Source of the DNA: Neocallimastix sp. 'constans'
Taxonomy: Eukaryota
Direction: 5' to 3'
NCBI GenBank assembly: GCA_050613775.1
Contig: JBODTK010000126.1
Location: 62,001 to 126,000, forward strand
Length of the DNA stretch: 64,000 bases
Below, one piece after another: positions 11,501 to 25,328 of the stretch. Position 1 is the first letter of the stretch. Each line of letters begins with the position of its first letter. The notes beneath the pieces are model-generated. The model was not told where the DNA came from, did no database searches, and worked only from the letters and a program-made list of their open reading frames with translations. Made by a program: the position numbers and the translations under genes.

Positions 11501-12231
11501 ATTAAAGTTTAAAGTATTTTGTTTTATAAAAAATTCAATGAATTTCATAAAATATAAAATTTTAAATTATATTATTTATAATATATAATGAACTTTATTA
11601 ATTATAAAATTTATTATATTTTATAATTTGTAATATTTTAATTTTAATTTATTTTTATTTTTTATTTTTTTATTTTTTATTTTTTTTTATTTTTTCAATC
11701 TATATAATACTGACAAATGTAATATTTTTTTTTAAATATATAAACATATGAAATTATATTATTTTTATTTATTTTATTCAATAATATTTATATAAAGCTT
11801 CACCAAGTAAGAAAAGTAATTATAATATAAATTAAAATATTAATATTACTCTTAAAATAATGAATTCATTAATTTTATATATAATATATAAATATTTTAT
11901 AAATTTATTGTCACTTTGGACTTTTTAAATCTACTTTTTTATTCACCGAAAAAAAAAAAATAATAAAATAATATTAAATAAATAAAATAAAAATTAACAA
12001 TAAATATTATATACATATATAATAAAATATAAATTACAAATATTTTTAAATGATAATAATAAAAAAGGTAAATCAAAAACTGGTGATTTAGTTTCGGAGA
12101 TTTCAACAATTGAAATTAAAAAAACAACAAAAGTTTCATCTACTCCTTTATCAAAAAATAAATCTTCTGTTCATTTAAAACCACATCCTATAATTAATAA
12201 AGATCAGGATCAAAACGAAGGTTCGAGAAAA

Positions 12232-12646
12232 ATGGATCCAAAGCAACCACAAATTCATCCTTCTCCACTCCAACCTCAAATGTCACAAATGTCACAACCC
12301 ATTCCAGGCTATCCACCACAATTTAGATCACAAGCTTTATTACAAGATCCTTCTCAAGCTGCATTATATAATTCACAAGGTCAATACTCCATAACTGTAA
12401 ATACAAATGTAAGTTATTTATTACCTAAATAATTGTAACAATATATTGAAATATATATAGATTTGTATAGAAATCTAGTATTATTCTCGAAATAACAAAT
12501 ATTAAATAATAATATACTAATTAATCATTTATATATAAACATTTATATACAAATTTATATATTTATATTGGTTATATAATTTAATATTGTAATAATTAAT
12601 TGAATCGATAATACTCTTCTATTATAAAAATGATAATTTTTATTTA

Positions 12647-12678
<32 letters not shown>

Positions 12679-13040
12679 GGATCCAAACGCATTGTATGTA
12701 TTTAATTATATTATTTTTAATTGTTAGTATTATATAAATTTAAATTCTAATATGTAAATTTATATATATATATATCAAATATATAAATTGAAATAGTACA
12801 ACTATGATGATGCCATCAGTTGTGTCAAGAAATCCAGTACAAATGCGTTGCCCATATTGTAATGAAAATATTTGTACTATAATTAAATATGAAAATAATG
12901 CTCTAGTATGGATTTTAACTATTCTTTTATTCATTTTCTGTTGTTGCTGCTTCTGTATTCCATTATTGATTGATGATATTAAGGATGTTATTCATTATTG
13001 TCCTAACTGTAACAGAGAAATAGCTAGAATTGATCGTTAG
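12232..13040 (+). CDS. LITAF-like zinc-ribbon membrane protein (spliced)
   Basis: Pro/Gln-rich N-terminus, then CPYC...hydrophobic CCCCFCIP...HYCPNC. Exons 12232-12408, 12680-12693 and 12797-13040 join in frame with GT-AG. May extend further 5'. Confidence 0.88.
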
Positions 13041-13057
13041 ATAATTAATTGTTGATA

Positions 13058-13106
<49 letters not shown>

Positions 13107-13619
13107 TAATATATTAGTACAATATTATATTTAAAATGTTATATCATTTTAAATTTTACATAACAATTTTTTAAACATTGTAAAATTTTAAATCAACATA
13201 ATCGTTTTTTTTTTTTTTTTTTTTTTATTTTATTAATTATCAATACTTTATATAATTTTTTTATTAATTTTCATTCCAACAACTATTTTAATTTTTAATT
13301 TTTTTGTTTTATTTTTATTTTTATTTTTGTTAATTATTCTTTTTATTTTTATAAAAATGTCAAACAAAACGTTTAATTATCATGACAAAAAAAAAATTTT
13401 TTGAATATAAATAAATAAAAAATAAAGATGGGAAATATTGATAAAATATAAATATATTTTTATTATTTATATATACATTTCATTTTAAAATATAATTAAT
13501 TTAAATAAAAAATGAAAATTTTTGTTTAATATATATATAAACTTTTATCGTAATTTTCTGAATAATGAGTGTATAAATATATATATATTTTAAGGATATT
13601 GAAATTCTTTATGAAAAAT

Positions 13620-14300
13620 ATTTTAAAATTTCTAAATATTGTCCAATATCAAATAGTAATGTAAACACTGTTATCACAGATATGAATAATATTGAATCAA
13701 GTACAAATTCTTATAATAGTAATGAAGTTTATAATATTAATAATAACAAAAGAAATAATATATTTAATAATAGAAGAATTAGTGATAGTGAAAATATTAA
13801 TATTAATATTAGTGATAATGAAAATGATAGTGTCGTTACTATTAATGTAGTGAATAGCTCAATTGGTAAAAATCGAGTTGATTTAAGTAATTTTTTGAAT
13901 AATGAGTATGTAAATATATATATGACGTGATATCGATTATATAACTTCCTTATTGGTAGAAGAGATGCAGACATTATTGATTTAAATTATAAAAAGGAAT
14001 GTGATGTTTTGTTTAAGAACCAAATTATTTCTTTCGATTATTCAAAAACGCCATTCTTGGTGCGATTTGTGGCTCTCTTTATAGAAATTATGCCTCAGGC
14101 TAGTACTCGACAAGGGTTACTGTTCCGAAAGTATAAGTGTAAACTAACCAGAAGCGTCAATTCTGAAAAAGAAGTAAGACAGGCTAGCAGAGCCAATGCC
14201 TCTGAAGGAGAAGACCATAATTTCTTTCAGATAGTCATTTCAAACCCTAATCCAGAATAAGAATTCCTTTTAAACAAAAATCTTATAATCAGGAGATAAA
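13620..14300 (+). mobile_element. Non-LTR retrotransposon (LINE) ORF2 C-terminal remnant
   Basis: YNFLIG...YSKTPFLV...RSVNSEKEVRQASRA...EDHNF matches the ORF at 62767-63192 (FNFLLGG...YSDTPFLV...KSVNAEETVRQASRA...EDHNF). Boundaries approximate. Confidence 0.7.
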
Positions 14301-14787
14301 GTTCGTTGCATATAAACTTTTTTTTGAATTTATTTATACACTTTATTTTGAAACTTTTATATTTCCATTATAATTATTTATTCATTTTTATTATTATTTT
14401 ATTATTTGTATTATTATTTTAATTTGATTATTATATTCAAATATTAATAAATATATATAAATATATATTAAATTCAAATTTTATATTATTAAATTATTAA
14501 CAAAAATTTATCATAGCCATTTTTTAAAATAAATATATATATATATAGATTATGTTTATTTATATTATACTTTATTTATTTATTAAATTCTAATAATAAT
14601 AAAAACATTATTTATTTATTTTATATTTATTTACTTATTTTTCTCTATAAAAATTAATTTATTAAAAAAAAATAATAACAATATTTATAATTTGATTTTA
14701 ATTTATTATAATTTAATGCTATTAAATATTGATATAAATTATTTTATTTTATTATATTTTATTATAAATATATATATATTTTTTATT

Positions 14788-15101
14788 TTAATAACTTGTT
14801 TTATTATTGGTTTGATTGGTTTCAGGTTGATGGAAATAATTCATATAGTCATCATTTGTATAGCCTGAAGTTTCACTATAACCACTACTACTACGACTAG
14901 TTGTAGATTTGGCTATAAATTTATCTGGTATATCTAATTTGATGTTGTCATTTGCTTGAGAAGAATAAAATTGTGAAAAACTAGAGAATTGAGAATTGGT
15001 ATAATTGATAAATCTTTGAGAAGAGGTAAAATCATTTGATGATTTTTCATTATTACTATTGTTGTTGTTGCTAAAATTATTTGTTGAATTAGCCATGCTC
15101 A

Positions 15102-15138
<37 letters not shown>

Positions 15139-17778
15139 GGTACTATCATTGCCATTGCCATCAGTATTATTATAAGGATTTGAACTATATTTTTCTTTAA
15201 TAAATTTATCAAAGGAATAATTTATATTCAATTCATTTTGTGTTGGTAAAGCTGATTTCTTCTGTATAAGATGATCTAAATTATTATTTGTTCTATTTAA
15301 TTCATTTTCCTCGCTGGAATGATGACTTTCTATATTACTATCGGTCGTTATACTTATGTTACTTTCTCTGTCCTCTTCATCCTCTTCATTTACACCAATC
15401 ATGGTGGTCAATGTGAGAGGTGAATTGGTATTGAAAGAAGATGAAGTGGGAAGTGCTGTCTCATTTGCTTGGAATGTTTTAAATTTAATGGATGAAGGGG
15501 TATATGATGAACTGTAATCATCTTCTTCATTGTCATCTTCATCAACACTAATTAAATTACTAGAGCTGTCATTGCCATCTTCATCTAAGGAGAAATGATT
15601 TGGAAAACTACTAGGTAAAGTACTTCTTCTAGGCTTTGGCCTACCTCGAAATGGTGAATAAGTTTTTGAGGATCCATTAACATTACGAACCATCATATTT
15701 ATATCACCACTATAACTATTACTATATATCATATTATTTGTCAGAATTCTAGAACTAATTGGTTGTTCACTTTTTATAAAATCTTTTTTAAAGTCATCAT
15801 TTATTAAAGGAGGTAATTGACTTTTCATAATATTTTTGGTTAATAATGAACGATTTGAAATTGATGTGTAAGAATTTTGACTTTTTTTATTAATTAAATT
15901 AAATCCACTACCATTTTTTCTACTTTCTTCTCCCTCTTCCATTTCTTCCTCTTCTTTTTCTTTTTCTCCTTCTCCTTCTTTCATAATTAGATTTGAATTG
16001 AGAGGTGAATTAGGAATTGATTTTTCGATAGGGGTCATTATTAATTTATTATTATATGTAGAAGTACCATAACTTGTAGGACTATTATTATATGATTTAC
16101 TACTACTAGTAAGAATTTGTTTTTGAGTTATAGTGGTTAGTCTTGGGCTATTTTTTTTCATTACTTCATTCAAAATATCTTTCCTTGAACCTGTTGCCCA
16201 AAGATTTCTATTATTAGCATTTGTTGTGAAAGATGATCTAATTGGTGCAGAAAATGGTTGAAAATCATATTTATTACTTTTAGAACCAGATGCCCATGGT
16301 TCTGCTGATGGACAAAATACAGATTCATCATTGAAAATAAAGTTACTATAATGATGACTTTTATGTTTCCGTAATAATAAATACCATGTTGCACTTAACT
16401 CATTACATGAATGATTTTTAACAGATTCTAATAATGCTTTAGTATTGAATCCTATCCATTCTAAATTATCCAATAGTTTTTTCTCTATTTCATCTAAAAT
16501 AAGTTCCTCTTCTTTATTTTTACTAAGATTAATAAATAAATTTTGTTTCATTCTTCTTTTATGATCTTTATTTGAAAGTCTGCTAGGTTTATTTAATGAA
16601 TTATTACTACCCTGTAAACTGGAAATACTATTATTTAAACTATTATTACTTTTTAAAGAACTATTACTAGCTATCATCAAGTTATTACTTCCACTATGAC
16701 TCTTAATTGAAGTACCATTTAAAGATAGTTCACTATTCTTCAATGAACTATTTAAATTTGAATGTAAATTCTCTATTGACTTTATATCATTTTCTGAATT
16801 ATTATTTAAATTGACATAGCTTGTATTTACTGCTGATGATAAAGATAAATTAGAAGAATTAACGCTACTTATATTATCTTCTTGTGATGTTTCCATCCAT
16901 TTATGATTTAAAATTTCTTCTATTGTTATTCTCTCTGAGGGTTCAATCTTTAAAATTCTAGTAATTAAATCTTTACATTCTGTTATTCATAGTCATTATT
17001 TCATGAAAGCAAAATATTAAAAGTATAATAATATTAATAATGATAATCGTAATAGTAATTATTATAATAATAACGATAACAATTATTATAGGGATTGTGA
17101 TAGTAATATAAATAATAACAATTATATTATTTATGATAATAGCAATAATAACAATAACAATAATAATAACAATAACAATAATAACAATAACAATAACAAG
17201 AATAATAACAAGAATAAAAACAATAATAATAATAATAATAATAATTTAAATTATGATTTAAAATTTGAAATAAAAAAAATTAAATATATATATTTATATA
17301 ATAAATTTTAATATTATAATATTATGTTATAAAACTTAATTTTCAAAATTTGAAATAAATAATTAAATATACCTTCAGATATAAAATCAGGAATTTCATA
17401 TTTTAAATTTAAAATTTTTTGATGTATTATTTCATCTGTCTCATCATCAAAAGGTAGTGTACCACAAACCATTGTATAAAGAATAACACCCAATGACCAT
17501 ATATCAGCACCTGGTCCATTATATTGTTTTCCAGTAATCATTTCTTATAATATAATATCAAAATTAAAGTTAATATAAAAATTTTTATGAAAAAATAAAA
17601 TATAATAAAAATAATATTGTAAAATAAAAAAAAAAAAAAAAAAAAAGAAAAGAAAAAGATAAATAAATAAAAACTAACAATTAATTAATTAATAATTATA
17701 TATTTAAAATAATCATATATCAAAATAATTTGGAATAAATTTATTTATATATAATTCTAATTCTAATAATAATAATTC

Positions 17779-17848
<70 letters not shown>

Positions 17849-18958
17849 TTTTAATATAACCATCAATATATCAATATATATATTTATTGAAAAAATTACC
17901 AGGAGCTGCATAGGCTACTGATCCACAATAGGTATCCAATAATTTTGAGGAAGAAAATTCTCTTGTAAATCCAAAATCACTTAACTTTATCTTAAAGTCA
18001 TTACTTAATAAAACATTTTCTAATTTTAGATCCCTTTTAATATTTTTATTAAATGATATTAAAAATTATTAAAATTAAAAAAAAAAAAAAAAATAGAATA
18101 ATAAAAAAATAAAATAAAATAAAATATATAAATAAATAAAAAGGAATAAAAAATGTTGATTAATCTTTAAATATTTAATATACAACATTTAATTTAAATA
18201 CAATATTTATTTATATAAATAATTTTTTTAAAATAAAAATATTAAATTTAATTTACCTATGTACAAAATTATGTTGGTGACAATAATAGACGGCTTCAAC
18301 TAGTTGTTTAAATAATCTTTTTGCTGTTACACTTTGTTCATCAATTCTTCCATATTTTGAAATGAAATCAAATAGTTCACCTTCCTCCGCATATTCAACA
18401 ATCATATATATTTTAGTTTCAGATGTAATAACTTCATAAAGTTGAATAATATTAGGATGAATTAAATGTCTCCATGTTTCAATTTCTCTTGCTACAATGG
18501 GTGCATGTATTTTATCAACTATTTTTATAGCAACCTATTAAAGTTAAATAGATATATATATATTAATATTTTTATTTATTTAATAATAAATAATTATCAA
18601 TTTTTACTTTTTGTCCTGTTAATTTGTGAATACCAAGTTTAACTTTACCAAAAGAACCTTATATATATCAATTAAGAATTATGTTTAATATTTTATAATG
18701 TATATAAATAAATATATATAATAATTTTTAGAACCTTTTCCTAAAGTTTTTCCAATATAATAACCACCAATTGAATTAATATTCGAAGTTCTTAAATATT
18801 TTAAAAGATCTGAATCTAGATTCTTAGTACATAATATAAAATTTAAAAAATTGAGAATTAAAATTAAATATTAATAAAACATAACATGATATCATAAATA
18901 ATTCCTTTTTATTAATATATTAATAACATACTGTTTTCTGTTTACTATAGCTTTTCAT
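14788..18958 (-). CDS. AMPK-related (CAMKL/MARK-like) Ser/Thr kinase with UBA-like segment and long low-complexity tail
   Basis: Spliced exons give [35 protein letters not shown] and [13 protein letters not shown]-like LEWIGF...SATWYLL. First exon MKSYSKQKT at 18958-18932. Confidence 0.92.
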
Positions 18959-20953
18959 TTTCTATGTATAAAATGATATTCAATAGGTATTATTTTATTA
19001 TTTCTTATCCAATTATCCAATTGTTATTAATAATTATTATATTATATAAACATATAATATATTATATATTTATTTGTTATATTAATCGTACTAAATTACT
19101 TTTTTATAAATTTAAATGAGTTATAATTTTGTATTAGAATATTATTTTAAATTTGTAATTTGTATAATAAGATATTATTATGAATAACTTTGAAGCCCTT
19201 TATGATAAGATGTTGTCTTTTTTTTTTTTTTTTTTTTTTTTCATTTATTATTCTTCACAACGTTTTGTTTTAAAATGTAATATTAAATACATTATATTTT
19301 TAATATTTTATAATTAAAATCCTGTCTTTTAAAATATTTTAATAAATTGTTTTGATAAAAAGTTTAAACAATTTGATAATATTGATAGCAAAAAAAAAAT
19401 AGTTCTTTCTTTTTTTTATATAAAAATATTTTATTTCTGTTTCATTATTTGATTCTTCAGTAAAAATGATTCTTTAGATAAAATGACCATAAATTTTTTT
19501 TTTTTTTTTTTTTTTTCTATTTTTAAATTAAGTATTAACTTTTAAATAAATTAAAAATTATAGAAATTTAGGATGTTCAAAGAGAATAATTTATAGAGCA
19601 GTTTTAAATTATAAATTTAAAAAAATTTAGACTTTGAATGAAAACTTTTTAATTGTAAAATTGTTTAATATTTAAATTAAATATATAATAATAATAAATG
19701 GAGAAAAAAAAAAAAAAGCTTTGAAATATTAATTTATAATTATTAAAATAAATTCAAATAATTTTTCTTATAATTTGTAATTCCATATTACTGAATAATT
19801 AAATTTTAAAAATGAATTTTTAAATTTTACAATTAATAATTTTACCATTATTCTTCATTTTATTATAGTTTATTTTCAAACAAATTTAAAAAAAAAAAAA
19901 AAAAAATGAAATTATATATAAATTTCCAAAAAATATATATATATTTAAATAACAATATAATAATTTATTATAGTATTAATAATATAAATATATTAAAATA
20001 TATGTAAATATATGTATTAATCAGTAATTATTTTTTATTTTTATGTTTATTTTTATATACATTTTAAAATTAAAAGATTACAATATATAATAAAGTTATT
20101 AATAAAAATCTTATAAATAAAATTTTAAATACATAATTACATAATTCATATAATTGAAATAATTAAATCATAACTATATTTTTTTTAATATCATTATTTT
20201 TATATATTTAATTGTTTTATAGTTTATGAGAAAAGACAAGTTTTCATTAAATCTTAAATAATAGATATTTATATTATTTATGAATAAAATGATAATTAAA
20301 TTAAAAATATACTTCAAATATTTAAATAATATATATATATTTTTTAAAAATAAAAAAATATTTAAATTTATTTTATATTACATCAAAAACATATTAATTT
20401 ATATTATTAATAATATTATTATTAGTTTTATTATTAGTAGTAGTAGTAGTATTATTTTAATGTAACCTATTTTAAATAGATATCCTTTTTAATAATATTT
20501 CATAATAAGCATAAACTAATTAATATATAAAAAGATAAATATTTTAATTAACAGTAATATTAACTATAAATTTATTAATTTCATTATTATTTATTAATAA
20601 TAATGAAATAATAATAATTGAAAAAAATTTTTTTATTATAATATAATGTCCTCTTTAAAAATTAATTATTTAAATTATTTTTTATTAGTGTTATTCATTT
20701 ATCAAAATTTAACACTAAAATATAAAAATAAACATAATTTTAGCAAATTATCCAAATATTTTAGGATTAAAAAAAATATGTAGTAAAATTAATCCATATA
20801 TATTATTAATGAATATTTGTTTTATTTATATTTAAAATCTAATATACATAAAATTTTCTAAATATTATATTCCTCCTTAGAAATATTTCAATTTTTTTTT
20901 AATTTAATTATCCATAAATTCAAAAATAAATTCAAAAATAAAATAAATTAAAT

Positions 20954-21001
<48 letters not shown>

Positions 21002-21556
21002 CATCATCTTATCATAAATACTCCAATTTATTTAGATTTATAACCAGATACTAATACCAGTTATCATAAATTTTACGTCAACAACACTTAGCTTTCCTTT
21101 TGACACGATATTGTAATCTTAAAAACTCATAGATATTATTTAACAAAATATTAAAATATCCTTGTTTTTTATTTTTTATTTTTTAATGATAAATATATTT
21201 ATCTCAATATAGACTAATTAATTTTTTGTTCTATTGCATTTTTTTATATCATAATCCATCTTATGATTATAGTTGATAATAATATTTATTATTTTATTAT
21301 TATTACTTATTTATTTATTAATTAATTAATTTATAAAAAGTATAGAGTTCCCACAGTGGAAAAAAAAATAAAATAATTTGATTTTAATAATTTTTTTATA
21401 GTTTAATAATAATTAATTAATTAAAAAGAGACTAGAAAAAAATTTTTTTAAATATTATTATACATTGATGATAAAAAATATTATATATATATTATAATCT
21501 AAATTGATTAAATTAAATTTGTCAATAATAATATTAGGTATTCAGAAAATAATAAT

Positions 21557-21599
<43 letters not shown>

Positions 21600-22215
21600 T
21601 CTTTATATTAATTGACCTTATATATAATAAAAAGTATAATAATCTATTGCCTTTATCATATTAAATTTTATCGGATATTATAATTTTGTTATTTCATTAC
21701 AAAAAAAATTTAATGTTACATATTATTTATATATAAGTATTAAAAAATATCTTCTTTTTTTTTTTTTTTAATATAACGCTATAATATATATAAATAACTA
21801 TAATATATATATATTAATTTATGTTTATTTATTATTAGTTTTTCAAAAAATTTCTCTAATATAATGGTAACTCAAATATCTATATAAATAAAATAACTTT
21901 ATTTTATTTGTAGTATTTTTTTTCTTTCTTTATATATATATATTTTATAAAAAAGAAAACAATATAATTAAATTTAAGATTTGATAAAAAAAAAATAATA
22001 ATAATTGTTTATATGATTTCTGTATTTAAAATGGAAAATACTAAAAATTAAAATGAGTAAAAGAAAAAAAATTATTATAAATAATATTTAAATAAATTAT
22101 ATCTAAATTTTAAAATATATAAAACAGAAACTTTTTTCACATTTCTTTCTATCCTCGGTAATGCGTTATATTTATAAATCTCACTATATAATTGCTATCA
22201 AATGCTTCTACTAAT

Positions 22216-24055
22216 CTATTCAAATTTGGTGTGTTTAGCTTGTTTCTTAACATTTGCAGCCTATAAAAATAAAATTATAACAAAAATTTTAAAATATTTA
22301 ATAATTTGATAACAATATTAAAAAATATTATAAATATATATGTATAAAATTACATATAAAAAATATAAAAATTAAAAATATATATATATCTTATATATAT
22401 CAATTATTTTTATAAAACTTATATATAGTATTATAAAAATATATAAATGAAACTTAAATGAAACTTACATAACCACTAAATTCATAATCAATACCAAGTT
22501 CTTGTAATCTCTTTCTCTTCTTTTCATCTTTCTTTAATAAACTTTTAACATTCTTTTGATATTTTTTACCAGATTTTAATTCTTGCTTCTTTTTTCTTTC
22601 AATTTCAGCCCATGGAATAACTTTGAATTTTTTATTTGCACCAACAAAAGTATTTGGATCAAGTTTATCTTCTGGAATAACACTACATTTCAAAACATGA
22701 CTATATATTAGATAATTATTCATAGTTTCAGCAACGATTTGGGCAACTTGAGCATTCTTAAATTCAATAAAAGCATAATGCTTAGATTTTCCTGTCTTTT
22801 ATTTTTTATTTGTTATTTATTCATTAATATTTTTATTATAATTTTTAATTTATTTATTAAAGTATGATAAAGAATTAAAATTAATATAATATTATTATAA
22901 AACATAAACATTACTATTTAATTATATACTATTTAATTATTTTTATTGATTTTCAAAATAAGAGATACATTATAAATATAACAAGTTTTAAATTATTATA
23001 AATCAACTATAAAATAATTATATTAATATTAATTATCTTACTTTTTTATTTCTTGAAAGACGTAATCTGGTTACATCACCAAACTGAGTAAAGTATTCTT
23101 TCATTTGCTTTTCATAAAAACCATGAGGAATATGACTAAGGAATATAACACCAGGTTTAACTTCATTATCCTTTTTTTTTAAAAAAAAAAAGTTGTTTAT
23201 ATAAATAATACGATATGAAATAATAATCAATTAATCAATATTATTTTTTTTATCAAAATAATTAAAATTTCATTCTATAAGAATAATCATTTACCTTAGA
23301 AACTGATTTTATTTCTTTTTTTACACGATTTTTAATTGTTTCTTCATCCTTTGGATCTAAAGCAATAATTTTTTCACCTTTTTGGAATTCATCTTTCTCT
23401 TCCTTGTTTTCTTCTTCTTCACTTTCATCAGAATCACTTTCTTCTTCAGATTCAGCTACATCTTTAAAATATTCTAAATCATCATCTTCTTCCTTTTTAG
23501 CAACATCTTCTACCTTTTTAGTATCTGGAACTTCAACTATTATTTTTATTATAATATTATTTTATAAAAAATTTGAAATTAATAAAAATTCAACAATTAA
23601 AAATAGAAATTTTTTAATTTCTATTTTAATAATTTTTAATTATCTGTTGTAAAAAATAAGATTTTTTTCTCAATTATAAATTCATATATCGTATCATTTA
23701 AAATAACTAAAAATTTTCTTTATTTCTAATATTATATTAATTTTTAAATAAAAATTGAATTAATATAATTAAAGATAATCAACACTTAAAATTAAAATGA
23801 AATTGTATATAAATATTTTTATATAGTCAATTCAATATTCTGTAACCTTCAATAATTTGATTATTTAATATCCAGTTTACTATTGATAATTATTAAAATA
23901 TTCAATGATTATAACAAAAATAAAAATAAAACAAAGGGAAATTAAATTTTAAAATTTTTAATATTATTTAATTCTAAAGAATTACCAGCTTCTTCTTTCT
24001 TTTCTTCTTCAACAAAGTTATTCTTTATTTTCTTTTGTCTTCTATTTCCAGCCAT
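22216..24055 (-). CDS. NOP15: Nucleolar RRM protein Nop15/NIFK (60S biogenesis)
   Basis: GVIFLSHIPHGFYEKQMKEYFTQFGDVTRLRLSRNKK/TGKSKHYAFIEF...AETMNNYLI...LGIDYEF across GT-AG exons. Acidic N-terminus. Confidence 0.92.
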
Positions 24056-24150
24056 TTTTATAGATATTAGATATTGTATAAAATTATCAAATTTAAATTT
24101 AAAATTTGCTTGATATTAAAAAATATATATATTTTTTTATTTAAAATTTT

Positions 24151-24187
<37 letters not shown>

Positions 24188-24981
24188 ATAATTTATCATA
24201 TCTTATTGGTTAAAAAAAATTTTTTTTTTATTATATTTATTTATATAAAAATTAATTTTAAATTAAAAATTCTTATTTATTAGCAATATTTTTTTTTTTT
24301 TTTTTTTTTTTTCACAAAATTACTTTTTTTTACAATTATCATTATTCATCATTAAATTGGGTTATTGATTAAACTAAATGAATATAATATAAAATTTTAA
24401 ATTTATAAAAATTTTCCAATTTTTTAAAATAGATAAATTTTATATCATAATTATTTTTATATGCTATATATTAATAGTAAATCAATAATAAATTAAAAAA
24501 GAAAAAAACTATATATGTTTCAAAAATCTTTTGTTATTGAAATTATATATAATTTTTTATGTGTATATAATAAATTATAAAACTTTTTTATAATTTGAAA
24601 TAATATAAATACTATTATTTTAAATTATACAATAATTATATTATTTTTTAACTTTTTATTATTATTATTATTATTATTATTTTATTTGTTATATGAGGTG
24701 AAAATTTTTTATTTTGGAAAAAATAAAAGTAAACATATATAATGAAAAGGTTAAAGAAAAAAAGAAAATTATATATAATAATAATAATAATAACAATAAT
24801 TCATACAAAAAAAAAAAAAAAAAAAAAAAAATAAGATTAAAAACTTGATATTTATAAATAGATACACTTTATATATATATATATATTTAATATATAAATA
24901 TATAATAATAAAAATATTAAAACCATTAATAAAATTTATTATTTATATCATTATTCCATTAATATAAATAAGTTACATAAA

Positions 24982-25046
<65 letters not shown>

Positions 25047-25328
25047 TTATTGTTATTGTTAATATCTTCATTTATAATAATTATTTTATATAAATATTTA
25101 TTCAATAAATAAATTAAATAATGTTTTTTTCTAAAAAATAAAATAAAAAAAAAAAAAAAAAAAAAAATTAGTTCTTTACAATAAAGTATATATATTTTAT
25201 AAAATTATTAAAATCTTAATGAAATCTTATATATTTATATTCAAATAAAATCAAAAAATTTTCTTTTTAATTATAATAATATATTCTTATCATTTGATGG
25301 TTTATTTATTAATATCTTTAAATGATTA

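Noticed and set aside
21001..21120. Slightly GC-richer patches (also 48825-48955) as snoRNAs
   Set aside because: No properly placed C/D or H/ACA boxes found.
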